In this document: positions 1-8,829 of the stretch, piece by piece
Position numbering within the stretch: position 1 is the first letter of the stretch
Layout of the letters: each line of letters opens with the position of its first letter
Source: Alphaproteobacteria bacterium
GTDB taxonomy: Bacteria > Pseudomonadota > Alphaproteobacteria > Rs-D84
DNA: 64,000 bases
Reading direction: 5' to 3'
Assembly (NCBI GenBank): GCA_017546265.1
Contig: JAFYXG010000003.1
Location: forward strand, 4,920-68,919
Program-made: the position numbers and the translations under genes
Notes under the pieces: generated by a model
Databases searched by the model: none
The model's input: only the letters and a program-made list of their open reading frames with translations
Told to the model about the DNA's origin: nothing

Positions 1-701
1 AGAAAGTTGCCGAATTTATCAACTTCTTACCGGTATTGGCATACGATGGCAGTGCTATGCGTCAGGTCAATGCCGGTGAAATACTGGATATGGCAATGAG
101 TGGCACCAGCGCAACATTGCTGGCGCGCCGTTGGGAAAGTGCATTATTGGTCAATGTGGACAATGCCACACTGATGCGTTTAATGTCTAACGAAAAAGCA
201 ATGAAAGCCCTGATGAGCATCGAAGGTTTTCGCAGCCTGAATCAAGATATTGAAACCATTATCAACAAATCCAACGCAATCAAAGAAAAGAAACAAAAGG
301 CCAATGAACGCGAACTGACCAAACAAGAAAAGAAAGAATTGTCCGAAGAGGAAAAAGAATTCAAATCTAAACGCAAACAGATTCAAGAAAAGTTGATAAA
401 GTTTGCGACCCGTGTGCCAATCTTTATGTATCTGACCGATTATCGTGAACGTACATTAAAAGACGTTATCACTCAATTGGAACCAGGATTGTTCAAAAAG
501 GTCACCGGATTGGATGTGAAAGATTTTGAATTGCTGGTCAGCCTGGGTGTGTTCAACGATGCGCTTATGAACGATGCCGTGTATAAGTTCAAACGCTATG
601 AAGACGCCAGTTTGGAATATGCAGGAATTAACAAACACGCAGGTGAAAGTGTTGGATTATTCGACACCGTCCTGTCCCATGAAGATTACGAGATGATGTA
701 A
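1..701 (+). CDS. C-terminal part of a larger gene entering from the left window edge; tentatively the tail of a large helicase/restriction-type enzyme
   Basis: The frame is open from nt 3 to TAA 699-701 (KVAEFINFLPVLAYDGSAMRQ...), so the listed TTG at 36 is not the true start. It has a Lys/Glu coiled-coil (KEKKQKANERELTKQEKKELSEEEKEFKSKRKQIQEKL) followed by ...RVPIFMYLTDYRERTLKDVI... The functional guess rests only on remembered resemblance to C-termini of SF2 helicase/restriction proteins. Confidence 0.4.
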   Translation, partial: KVAEFINFLPVLAYDGSAMRQVNAGEILDMAMSGTSATLLARRWESALLVNVDNATLMRLMSNEKAMKALMSIEGFRSLNQDIETIINKSNAIKEKKQKANERELTKQEKKELSEEEKEFKSKRKQIQEKLIKFATRVPIFMYLTDYRERTLKDVITQLEPGLFKKVTGLDVKDFELLVSLGVFNDALMNDAVYKFKRYEDASLEYAGINKHAGESVGLFDTVLSHEDYEMM

Positions 702-727
702 AAACGTGGTCAATCGACCACGTTTTT
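701..727. terminator. Bidirectional hairpin terminator between convergent genes
   Basis: AAAACGTGGTC-AAT-CGACCACGTTTTT: an 8-bp stem (704-711 / 715-722) flanked by an A-run and a T-run. Confidence 0.7.
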
Positions 728-732
728 ACAAT
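720..732. repeat. Left copy of exact 13-bp direct repeat ACGTTTTTACAAT
   Basis: Identical 13-mer to 2692-2704. It overlaps the stop codon (726-728) of the 176-aa gene and the 3' arm of the terminator. Confidence 0.8.
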
Positions 733-1256
733 ATTTCAAATTCTGTGCCATGTACTGTATAATAAGCTACTTGGTCACAAGTTCCATATATTATACCTTT
801 GAGATCTAAACGCACAAAAAACATATTTCTTAAATTTCTTTCCAAAAAAGATCTTTTTTGTTCGTTAATGTCGTTAAAATCATAAGAAAAAACATATTCT
901 ACCTTATCCGACAATTTGGCATCTTCTTCAAATATTCGTTTAGATGTTTCAAATTTTTCAAATAGAGTTTTTGCAAAATCTTCTGGATCTTTTGGTTCAA
1001 AGCTATTATCAACAAAAAAACATTTTGCGTTTTTCTGTTCTATAAAAAATGTGATATCATTACGAAGATAAACAGAATCACATCTCGGTAAATCGTGCTC
1101 GTTAGGATCTTTCGTATCCATAACAGCTTCCCAATCTATAAAATCAATATTATCGAGAATCGTTCGAGAGCGTTGTATACCAAGCAAACACTTACCATCT
1201 TTTTTGGTTTTACAGCAATCACAAAAACTTTTCTTAAAACGCGTATAATCTGGCAT
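726..1256 (-). CDS. Hypothetical 176-aa protein, partner of the upstream ATPase; possible PD-(D/E)xK-type nuclease
   Basis: It lies 22 nt downstream of the ATPase gene on the same strand and is AT-rich. It has an N-terminal C12-x-C14C15-x7-C23 cluster and D60-x12-E73-Q-K75 (CDSVYLRNDITFFIEQKN). I recognise no known family. Confidence 0.6.
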   Translation of the reverse strand: MPDYTRFKKSFCDCCKTKKDGKCLLGIQRSRTILDNIDFIDWEAVMDTKDPNEHDLPRCDSVYLRNDITFFIEQKNAKCFFVDNSFEPKDPEDFAKTLFEKFETSKRIFEEDAKLSDKVEYVFSYDFNDINEQKRSFLERNLRNMFFVRLDLKGIIYGTCDQVAYYTVHGTEFEIL

Positions 1257-1278
1257 AATTAAAACCGTAACCTACATA

Positions 1279-2607
1279 TTAAGCAAAAGCTTCATTAACC
1301 GAAAACTTAAATATATCATTTATTGGTTTTGACAAATTATCAAATATCTCATATTCGTTACCGGTTTTATCTTCAAGTGTATGAGTCTGCGGATCTGCTA
1401 AATACATCTTTAACTGAGACAAGCCATGTTTCTTTGCATAAAACCTGATTGCTTGTAAAAGATCTGGACTATGTGATGTAATAAGAATCGGGCATTTAGC
1501 AACAGCCAATTTCACTAAAACTTCTGCTAAAACAGCCAACCATTCCGGATGCAAATGATTTTCCGGTTCATCCAAAATCAAGATCTTATCCGGTCCAAAC
1601 ATACCTTTCAAGGCTAACTGCTGAAATATACCAAGTATTTTTTCACCAGATGCAGCATTGCTAACAGAAACGTTTGCACCATTGTTAAAATCTTTTTTTA
1701 TAAATTCAAATCTTCTTCTGTTTGTATTGTATTCCAGTGAACCGCCAAGAGCATTGGATATATCAGCAACAGCTTCTTTAATAGCATTATTTTGCAATGA
1801 AGAATCAACGGATTGCATTGATGCTTTCCTTAATAAATCAATCCAATACGTTGGCAAATTTTCTGTATCTCTAACATTCTCTACTTGTAACACCAATGGT
1901 GTTTCCACAAACGTAGTATCCTGAAATACCTTTTGTTGTATCTGTGGATCTGCACTTGTTATATTTAACCTATCAGCAAAAGGCATGGTATCCGCATTAT
2001 TTGAAACAGAATACTTTAACAAGCCACCAAAATCCACATTTGATGTTAAATGAGATTTTAAATTGTTAATTTGCCCATCAAAAACCCTTTTATACATAAA
2101 AAGCAGTGCTTCTTTTAACGATGCGCCAGTATCCATTGGTGCTAATTTATCTTTAATCGTTCTTAACAGTTCCGCTACTTTTAACCTTGTTTCTGCATCA
2201 ACTATCCTTGAAAAATTAGCAACTGCTGCGATTCTTGAATCAATTAGAGCATACGCAGAGGCTAAATTTTTATCGTCAACATATTGAAATAGCGGTTGTT
2301 CAAAACTTCCCAATTGAAAAGTGGATTCTAATAATTCGTTGTCTTTTGCAATTTGTTTTCCTGCATTGGCAGCCCTAGCAATAACGCCCTGTAGCTGGAA
2401 ATACACGTTTTTGCACGCCCAATCAATAAATTCTTTTTGCTTTTTTGCAACAATAGCATCTTGTTCCTGAATTGATTTTATTACGGCATATACGGTCTTA
2501 CCTATTGTACTTTTTCCGGTCCCATTTTTTCCAGCAATGACAGACAACCCGGTTAAATCAACCGTTGCTTCATCAATAGCACCAACATTTTGCAATTTAA
2601 TATACAT
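1279..2607 (-). CDS. ABC/SMC-like AAA_15/AAA_21-type ATPase (442 aa)
   Basis: Walker A GKNGTGKST (aa 26-34, nt 2506-2532), signature-like ASGEK, Walker B KILILDEPENHLHPEW (about nt 1561-1590), and H-loop ITSHSPDLL. Confidence 0.85.
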   Translation of the reverse strand: MYIKLQNVGAIDEATVDLTGLSVIAGKNGTGKSTIGKTVYAVIKSIQEQDAIVAKKQKEFIDWACKNVYFQLQGVIARAANAGKQIAKDNELLESTFQLGSFEQPLFQYVDDKNLASAYALIDSRIAAVANFSRIVDAETRLKVAELLRTIKDKLAPMDTGASLKEALLFMYKRVFDGQINNLKSHLTSNVDFGGLLKYSVSNNADTMPFADRLNITSADPQIQQKVFQDTTFVETPLVLQVENVRDTENLPTYWIDLLRKASMQSVDSSLQNNAIKEAVADISNALGGSLEYNTNRRRFEFIKKDFNNGANVSVSNAASGEKILGIFQQLALKGMFGPDKILILDEPENHLHPEWLAVLAEVLVKLAVAKCPILITSHSPDLLQAIRFYAKKHGLSQLKMYLADPQTHTLEDKTGNEYEIFDNLSKPINDIFKFSVNEAFA

Positions 2608-2661
2608 AGTTTGACCCTTGATTTTATAATAAGTAGCACAAAAAACGCCATTTTCAAGCAG

Positions 2662-2670
2662 ATTATATCA
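2662..2670 (-). promoter_or_regulatory. Putative extended -10 (TGATATAAT on minus strand) for the ATPase cassette
   Basis: Plus-strand ATTATATCA is TGATATAAT on the minus strand, about 55 nt upstream of ATG 2607. A second copy lies at 2773-2781. Confidence 0.35.
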
Positions 2671-2691
2671 TAAAAAAAGCATAAACGTAAT

Positions 2692-2704
2692 ACGTTTTTA
2701 CAAT
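2692..2704. repeat. Right copy of exact 13-bp direct repeat ACGTTTTTACAAT
   Basis: Identical to 720-732. It is preceded by the small palindrome AAACGTA-A-TACGTTT, which resembles a shortened version of the terminator at 701-727. Confidence 0.8.
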
Positions 2705-3039
2705 TTTTAACTATAAGAATAAAAAAAATGGGCAACAACCATTGTGGTTTTTTACCCTTCTTTTCAAGGTATATTATATCATAAAAAACGCCTATAAGTC
2801 AAGAAAAAAGAGGTAATGCAGTTGGAGTCACCATTAGCAACCCCTCAGCTGAACCTCTGGCAAAATGATGGTATAAACAGAGTAATTTGTTAAACTTTTT
2901 GTAGAAAAGCGTTTTTGGTAACGGATGATGCAACAGCAATTTTTACAAAAAATGTTACATATTTGCTACATAGTATGGAGTTTAGTATAAGGGTAAAATG
3001 GTGGAAAAGGGCGGAAATTGGGCAAACAATCGGTTTCGG

Positions 3040-3093
3040 TTCAGACGATTTCTAATCTGTGGATTGCAGGTTCGAATCCTGCCGGGCGTGCCA
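3040..3093 (+). other. Orphan tRNA 3' fragment (T-arm, acceptor 3' strand, discriminator, CCA)
   Basis: T-arm GCAGG-TTCGAAT-CCTGC (3066-3082), then CGGGCGT-G-CCA (3083-3093). No complementary 5' acceptor strand (ACGCCCG or a G:U variant) occurs within 90 nt upstream, and no 7-nt anticodon loop can be drawn. Confidence 0.5.
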
Positions 3094-3100
3094 GAAATTT

Positions 3101-3125
3101 AACCACCCGAATGGGTGGTTTTTTC
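3101..3125 (+). terminator. Rho-independent terminator directly after the tRNA-like fragment
   Basis: AACCACCC-GAAT-GGGTGGTT followed by TTTTTT. Confidence 0.75.
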
Positions 3126-3192
3126 ATGGGTAATCGTTCCTGTAATCTTGATGATGGAAACATGTTATTATTGAGCGTAAAGGAGAGAAAAA

Positions 3193-3669
3193 ATGAAAAA
3201 ATTTTGGACTTTTGTTTTGGCAATCGTTATTTCTTTTATCCCGGGGATTATCGGTGGATTCTTTTCCCCTATGTCGCCGGGGGCAAATGAGTGGTATAAT
3301 GGATTAATTCAATCTAATTTGACACCAAATGGTTGGGTGTTTACCGTTGCGTGGATTATTCTTTATACTTTGCTGGGTATCGCGTTGTTCATTATTATGA
3401 ATAATTCTAAAACACGGCAGAATAAAACACCGGCGTATGTGCTGTTTGCTGCACAAATGGGGTTGAACGCATTGTGGAGTTATTTGTTCTTTGGTTTGCA
3501 CTTTGTTGGTGGGGCATTGCTGTGTCTGGCGGTCTTAATCGCAATTGCTGTTTGGATGGCGGTTGAATTTAAAAAGTTCAGTGCATGGGCATCGGGACTG
3601 GTGTGGCCCTATATTGCGTGGTTGATATTTGCGTTTTATTTAAATGCAACTATTTCACTGTTAAATTAA
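3193..3669 (+). CDS. tspO: TspO/MBR family tryptophan-rich sensory protein
   Basis: 158 aa with five TM segments and Trp-rich motifs: NGWVFTVAWIILYTLLG, NALWSYLFFGL, VWPYIAWLIFAFYLN. An AAGGAG RBS lies upstream. Confidence 0.85.
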   Translation: MKKFWTFVLAIVISFIPGIIGGFFSPMSPGANEWYNGLIQSNLTPNGWVFTVAWIILYTLLGIALFIIMNNSKTRQNKTPAYVLFAAQMGLNALWSYLFFGLHFVGGALLCLAVLIAIAVWMAVEFKKFSAWASGLVWPYIAWLIFAFYLNATISLLN

Positions 3670-3671
3670 AC

Positions 3672-3702
3672 AAAAAAAATCCCGCAATCGCGGGATTTAT
3701 AT
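3672..3702. terminator. Bidirectional terminator (tspO / ftsB-like convergent pair)
   Basis: A8-TCCCGC-AATC-GCGGGA-TTT. Confidence 0.75.
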
Positions 3703-4032
3703 TTTCAATATTTTGGTATCTGGGGTGCCCATGTTTAAGTATTTTAGTCCCAATTCTTCAATGTAATCAGGACTGGCATTCTGTAGTAATTTAATATGAC
3801 GATTCAAATCGTCCAGTGTCTGTTGTTCCGCAACCAATTGGTCGTTGACGCGGTTCAGGGTAAATATGTTCATGGTAAAACGTTGAATGCTGACATCGCC
3901 CCAAAATAGACCAACAAATGTAAAACATGCAAACAAGGTAAATATTACCCCAAGTTTGCCATAACCGCCGCCAGACCATGCATGGCCTAAAAAGCAAAAT
4001 AAGTTTTTGATTTTTTCCTTCATAGATGGCAT
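3697..4032 (-). CDS. ftsB: Septum formation initiator (FtsB/DivIC family)
   Basis: One N-terminal TM segment, then a coiled coil (RVNDQLVAEQQTLDDLNRHIKLLQ) and SPDYIEELGLKYLNM, matching the FtsB layout. The start may be ATG 4023 (MKEKIK). Confidence 0.65.
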   Translation of the reverse strand: MPSMKEKIKNLFCFLGHAWSGGGYGKLGVIFTLFACFTFVGLFWGDVSIQRFTMNIFTLNRVNDQLVAEQQTLDDLNRHIKLLQNASPDYIEELGLKYLNMGTPDTKILKI

Positions 4033-4039
4033 TATATCA
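4031..4039 (-). promoter_or_regulatory. Putative extended -10 TGATATAAT (minus strand), 7 nt before ATG 4023
   Basis: Same motif and same -10-to-ATG spacing as at tkt, which suggests a leaderless ftsB mRNA. Confidence 0.3.
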
Positions 4040-4042
4040 TAA

Positions 4043-4954
4043 ATGTTTGGTGATAATCAAATCTTTGCTGCACCTTTGGCTGGAATTACTGACCAGCCGT
4101 TTCGCCGTGTCATTAGGCAGTTTTCTCCATATGCACCACTGGTGACGGAAATGATTTCGTGTCATTCACTGGTTGGACAACATAAAAATTGTGTCAGAAA
4201 TTTTGATAACTATGCGAACGAAGGCAATGTCGGAGCACAGATTTTTGGTGCCGATGTGGGGTTGATGGCCGATGCTGCACGTATTTTACAGGACGCAGGT
4301 GCAAAATGGATTGATATCAATATGGGATGTCCTGTGCCTAAAGTGGCCACACGTGCCGGTGCGGGTGCTCATCTGATGCGAGATCATAAATTGGCAGAAC
4401 AGATTATGAGGGCAGTGGTGTGTGCCGTACAGATTCCTGTTTCTGTGAAAACTCGTCTGGGGTGGGATGATGAACATCGCGATTGGGGGGAACTGATTAA
4501 GATTGCTGCAGATTGTGGAGTACAGTTTGCTGCACTGCATGGAAGAACACGGGCACAATTATACCTGGGGGAGGCTGTGCATCCAGATGTGCGTGATATG
4601 CCAATCCCAATTATTGCAAATGGTGATATTAAATCTGTGTCAGATGTGGAACAGATGGAAAAACTGGGGTATTGTGGTGTTATGATTGGTCGGGGAATAT
4701 TGGGAAGACCATGGCTGTTGTCTGAATTGCAGGGTGGTGAAAAACCTAAAAATGTGGGTGAGATAGTTTTGCAACACCTGGATTATGTAGTCGAGTATTA
4801 TGGCGAGCGAGCGGGTGTGCCTATGTTCAGAAAGCATGCCGCTTGGTACAGTGCAGGTATGCCTAATTCGTCTGATTTTCGTATAAAAGTAAACAGAATA
4901 GATAGTGCTTCGCTGTTAAAGGTTGCAATTCGTGAATTTTGGGGTATCATTTAG
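4043..4954 (+). CDS. dus: tRNA-dihydrouridine synthase (Dus / NifR3 family)
   Basis: FAAPLAGITDQPFRR, DINMGCPVPKV, GAGAHLMRD, and a TIM-barrel Dus pattern. Confidence 0.85.
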   Translation: MFGDNQIFAAPLAGITDQPFRRVIRQFSPYAPLVTEMISCHSLVGQHKNCVRNFDNYANEGNVGAQIFGADVGLMADAARILQDAGAKWIDINMGCPVPKVATRAGAGAHLMRDHKLAEQIMRAVVCAVQIPVSVKTRLGWDDEHRDWGELIKIAADCGVQFAALHGRTRAQLYLGEAVHPDVRDMPIPIIANGDIKSVSDVEQMEKLGYCGVMIGRGILGRPWLLSELQGGEKPKNVGEIVLQHLDYVVEYYGERAGVPMFRKHAAWYSAGMPNSSDFRIKVNRIDSASLLKVAIREFWGII

Positions 4955-4985
4955 TGCAAATTAATAATTATGGGGATTGTATAAT

Positions 4986-5870
4986 ATGACAGATATTGTT
5001 GAAAATGAACAAGATATTGTGGTTGAAGCACCTGTTAACTTGACTGCAGGCGAGATGCTGAGAAATGCACGTACAACTGGTCGTAGAAAACGTGAAATAT
5101 CGACAATCGCAAAACAGTTGTGTATTCGTGAAGAGTTTTTGGAAGCATTGGAAAACGGAAACTATAAAGAAATACCCGAGGTTGTATATATTCTGGGGTT
5201 TGCACGGAACTATGCGATGGAGCTGGGGCTGAATCCAGATGAAGTTGTTGCAAAGATTAAGCAAGAAATGGGACTGGATTCAAACTGTGCAAAACCAAAT
5301 GATGATGAAGAGGTCAGTGCTTGTGCTATGCCCAGTATCAAGGAAGAAAGCTGGGGCAAGTTGATGTTTGTCAAAGCATATCAGTTCGTATATCAGAATT
5401 GGATTTGGTTTTTTGGGGGAGTCTTGGCAATCGGGTTGATCGTTTTCGGTATTGCGATGTTGGCTGGGACTGATGCACCAGTTGAAACAACACAGCAGGC
5501 ACCAGTTGTGCTGACTGCAGAGGTTGCAGATAATGAACCTGAATATAAACAGCCTGTTCGTGAACGATTCGGAACAGATAATCGTGCGACAGCACAAGTT
5601 GTTCTGCAGGCCAATAAAAAAACAGGTGAAGCGGGTACTTGGGTTGAAATCAAAGATGCACGGGGACGTACAGAATTAAGTCGTGTACTGATGCCTGGGG
5701 ATGTGTACTATGTGCCGGTCAAGGGTAAGTACAAGGCGACATTTGGTAATGCAGGTGGAATTGATATTTGGGTAAATGGAAAACTGGTACCGGAAATTGG
5801 GGCCGCTCATACCAAAAAATCGGGTGTGGATTTGTCGCCAGATGCTTTGTTGAGTGAAGATAAAAAATAA
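4986..5870 (+). CDS. rodZ: RodZ-like cytoskeleton protein (HTH + TM + C-terminal DUF4115-like domain)
   Basis: HTH region GEMLRNARTTGRRKREISTIAKQLCIREEFLEALENGNY...LGFARNYAMELGL, a central TM segment, and a C-terminal beta domain (WVEIKDARGRTE...GIDIWVNGKLV). ATG 4986 is preferred over the listed TTG 4977. Confidence 0.7.
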   Translation: MTDIVENEQDIVVEAPVNLTAGEMLRNARTTGRRKREISTIAKQLCIREEFLEALENGNYKEIPEVVYILGFARNYAMELGLNPDEVVAKIKQEMGLDSNCAKPNDDEEVSACAMPSIKEESWGKLMFVKAYQFVYQNWIWFFGGVLAIGLIVFGIAMLAGTDAPVETTQQAPVVLTAEVADNEPEYKQPVRERFGTDNRATAQVVLQANKKTGEAGTWVEIKDARGRTELSRVLMPGDVYYVPVKGKYKATFGNAGGIDIWVNGKLVPEIGAAHTKKSGVDLSPDALLSEDKK

Positions 5871-5956
5871 TGCATAAATAAATTGAAATTATGGGGCAAA
5901 GGAAACTTTGCCCCGTATATTGAAATTCGTAATATTTGAATTATATTATTCTTACT

Positions 5957-8827
5957 ATGGCTGGAATAATAAAAATTCGCGGTGCACGCGAGAATAATCT
6001 TAAAAATATTGATCTGGATATACCAAAGAATAAATTGGTGGTCTTTACAGGTGTGTCGGGGTCGGGCAAGTCTTCGTTGGCATTTAATACTATTTATGCC
6101 GAAGGACAGCGGCGATATGTCGAATCGCTGTCCAGTTATGCACGTCAATTTTTGGATATGCAAAAAAAGCCCGATGTGGATTTTATCGAAGGGTTGGCAC
6201 CTGCGATTTCAATAGAACAAAAGACAACGTCAAAAAATCCGCGTTCAACCGTTGGTACCGTGACGGAAATTTATGATTATCTGCGTTTGTTGTGGGCCAG
6301 AATAGGGGTGCCGTATTCGCCGATTACTGGGTTGCCAATTAAATCTCAAACAATTGCGGAAATGGTTGACTGGACCATGAAAATACCAGCACAAACAAAA
6401 ATCTTTATCATGGCACCTATGGTTCGTGAAAGAAAAGGTGAATATCGTAAAGAATTGGCGTTTCTGGTTAAACAGGGGTATCAGCGGGCGATTATAGACG
6501 GTGAATTGGTTGATCTGTCCGCTGTGCCAACGTTAGATAAAAATAAAAAGCACAATATATTTGTTATCGTTGATCGTTTGCAGTTGCCGTCTGAGAATGC
6601 TGATGATGAAGAATTTCGTTCGCGTTTATATTCTTCGTTCGAGGCATCTTTGCGTTTGGTGCCGGGCTCTGTTCTGGTTCGCCGTTTGGATACAAATGAA
6701 GATACACTGTATTCGCAAAGTTATGCCTGCCCAGTCAGTGGGTTTACGGTTCCAAAAATTGAACCACGATTGTTTTCGTTTAATGCACCAATGGGGGCAT
6801 GCCAGAATTGTGATGGTTTGGGGGTGCAGTTAAATATGTCGCCAGATTTGGTCGTGCCAGATCCGTCAAAGTCTATCCTGGGCGGTGCAATCGCACCATG
6901 GTCGCGTGGAGGAATGCTGAGTCAGTTTGAACATCTGTTGGATGCATTGCATAAAAAGTTTAAGATTCCATTATCAAAACCATGGCATACGTTAACCCAG
7001 GAACAAAAACACTTGGTGTTGTATGGCAGTGGAAATGAAACTATTAAAATAAACTGGAACGGGTTTGTTTATGAAAAACCATACGAAGGTGTTATCCCAA
7101 ATATTGAACGCAGATGGCGAGAGTCTGAGTCCGAGGCAATGCGTACAGAATTGGCAAAATATCAATCTGAAAAACCATGTCCAGTCTGTCATGGAAAAAG
7201 ATTAAATATTCATGCATTGTGTGTCAGAATAAATGGGGCTGATATTATGGATGTTTGTGATTTGCCAGTAGATGAATCACTGAAATGGTTCCAGGATTTG
7301 CCAAACCATTTGTCACAAAAAGAAAATGATATTGCCAGAATTGTTCTGCGTGAAATTACAGACAGATTGTATTTCTTGCAAAATGTTGGTTTGGGGTATT
7401 TGACATTGTCTCGTATGGCGGGAACATTGTCCGGGGGCGAGGCTCAGCGTATCAGATTGGCATCACAAATTGGCAGTGGGTTGTCTGGGGTTTTATATGT
7501 GTTAGATGAACCCTCGATTGGATTGCATCAAAGTGATAATGATAAATTGTTAGAAACACTGAAAATGCTGCGAGATAAGGATAATACTGTTATCGTTGTC
7601 GAGCATGATGAAGATGCAATGCGTGAAGCTGATTATTTGGTTGATATTGGACGTGGAGCAGGGGTTAATGGTGGTAATGTTATCGCATTCGGTACGCCAG
7701 CCCAGGTAATAAAAAATAAAGATTCGATTACCGGACAGTATCTTAGTGGAAAGCGAAAAATACCTGTGCCGACAAAACGCCGCGATGGTAATGGAAAATC
7801 TATCGTTGTATCTGGGGCTTGTGGTAATAATCTGAAAAATGTCACAGTAGAATTTCCGTTGGGTAAATTTATTGCCCTGACTGGTGTGTCGGGATCAGGG
7901 AAATCTACGTTGCTGTTAAACACTTTGTATCCTGCGTTGATGCGTTCGCTGTATAATTCTAAGATGGAAACAGGGCCGCATGATATTATAACTGGTATGG
8001 AAAATGTCGACAAAGTGGTCGATATAGATCAGTCACCAATCGGACGCAGCCCACGCAGTAATCCTGCAACATATACGGGGGTGTTTGGTGATATTCGCGA
8101 TTTCTTTGCAGCATTGCCCGAAGCAAAAACACGCGGATACGGACCTGGCAGATTTTCGTTTAATGTCAAAGGGGGCAGATGCGAAGCGTGCCAGGGTGAT
8201 GGACAGATAAAAATAGAAATGAATTTCTTGGCCGATGTGTATGTAGAGTGTGATTGCTGTCACGGGACACGCTATAATGAAGAAACGTTGACGGTAAAGT
8301 ATAAAGGTAAGTCTATCGCTGATGTGCTGAATATGACCGTAGAAGAGGCATACAGGTTCTTTGTAAATGTGCCAAAAATTGCACGAAAGTTAGAATTGCT
8401 GAAACGTGTCGGGTTGGATTATATCAAACTGGGGCAAAGCTCGCTGGATTTGTCCGGGGGTGAGGCCCAGCGTATAAAATTGTCCAAGGAACTGGCTGCA
8501 CGCAGCACGGGTGAAACAATTTATATCCTAGACGAACCTACAACAGGTTTGCATTTCGAAGATATAAAAATGCTGCTGTCTGTTTTGCACGAATTGGTCG
8601 AGCAAGGCAATACCGTAATCGTTATTGAACATAATTTGGAAGTTATTAAAACTGCAGACTGGATTATCGATTTGGGGCCAAATGGTGGTGCGGGCGGTGG
8701 ACAAATTATCGCAACCGGTACACCAGAACAGATTGCACAGGTATCATCTTCAAAGACAGGAAAATATTTACAAAAGTACCTGGACAAATCAGGAAAAGAA
8801 AGTAAAATAAAAGGGCAAAAGGAGTAA
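5957..8827 (+). CDS. uvrA: Excinuclease ABC subunit A
   Basis: Two ABC modules ([10 protein letters not shown] and GVSGSGKST; LSGGEAQR twice), Zn-finger CxxC pairs, and N-terminus [18 protein letters not shown]. Confidence 0.97.
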   Translation: MAGIIKIRGARENNLKNIDLDIPKNKLVVFTGVSGSGKSSLAFNTIYAEGQRRYVESLSSYARQFLDMQKKPDVDFIEGLAPAISIEQKTTSKNPRSTVGTVTEIYDYLRLLWARIGVPYSPITGLPIKSQTIAEMVDWTMKIPAQTKIFIMAPMVRERKGEYRKELAFLVKQGYQRAIIDGELVDLSAVPTLDKNKKHNIFVIVDRLQLPSENADDEEFRSRLYSSFEASLRLVPGSVLVRRLDTNEDTLYSQSYACPVSGFTVPKIEPRLFSFNAPMGACQNCDGLGVQLNMSPDLVVPDPSKSILGGAIAPWSRGGMLSQFEHLLDALHKKFKIPLSKPWHTLTQEQKHLVLYGSGNETIKINWNGFVYEKPYEGVIPNIERRWRESESEAMRTELAKYQSEKPCPVCHGKRLNIHALCVRINGADIMDVCDLPVDESLKWFQDLPNHLSQKENDIARIVLREITDRLYFLQNVGLGYLTLSRMAGTLSGGEAQRIRLASQIGSGLSGVLYVLDEPSIGLHQSDNDKLLETLKMLRDKDNTVIVVEHDEDAMREADYLVDIGRGAGVNGGNVIAFGTPAQVIKNKDSITGQYLSGKRKIPVPTKRRDGNGKSIVVSGACGNNLKNVTVEFPLGKFIALTGVSGSGKSTLLLNTLYPALMRSLYNSKMETGPHDIITGMENVDKVVDIDQSPIGRSPRSNPATYTGVFGDIRDFFAALPEAKTRGYGPGRFSFNVKGGRCEACQGDGQIKIEMNFLADVYVECDCCHGTRYNEETLTVKYKGKSIADVLNMTVEEAYRFFVNVPKIARKLELLKRVGLDYIKLGQSSLDLSGGEAQRIKLSKELAARSTGETIYILDEPTTGLHFEDIKMLLSVLHELVEQGNTVIVIEHNLEVIKTADWIIDLGPNGGAGGGQIIATGTPEQIAQVSSSKTGKYLQKYLDKSGKESKIKGQKE

Positions 8828-8829
8828 TT

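Noticed and set aside
3040-3093. Possible tmRNA (ssrA) 3' end or acceptor piece of an alphaproteobacterial two-piece tmRNA
   Set aside because: The acceptor 3' strand CGGGCGT cannot form the G3:U70 alanine identity pair. A terminator and the tspO RBS follow directly, leaving no room for a downstream coding piece. No matching 5' strand or tag reading frame lies upstream either.
3018-3290. Listed 90-aa ORF
   Set aside because: It runs through the tRNA-like fragment, its terminator and the tspO RBS/start. It is a read-through artefact with a TTG start.
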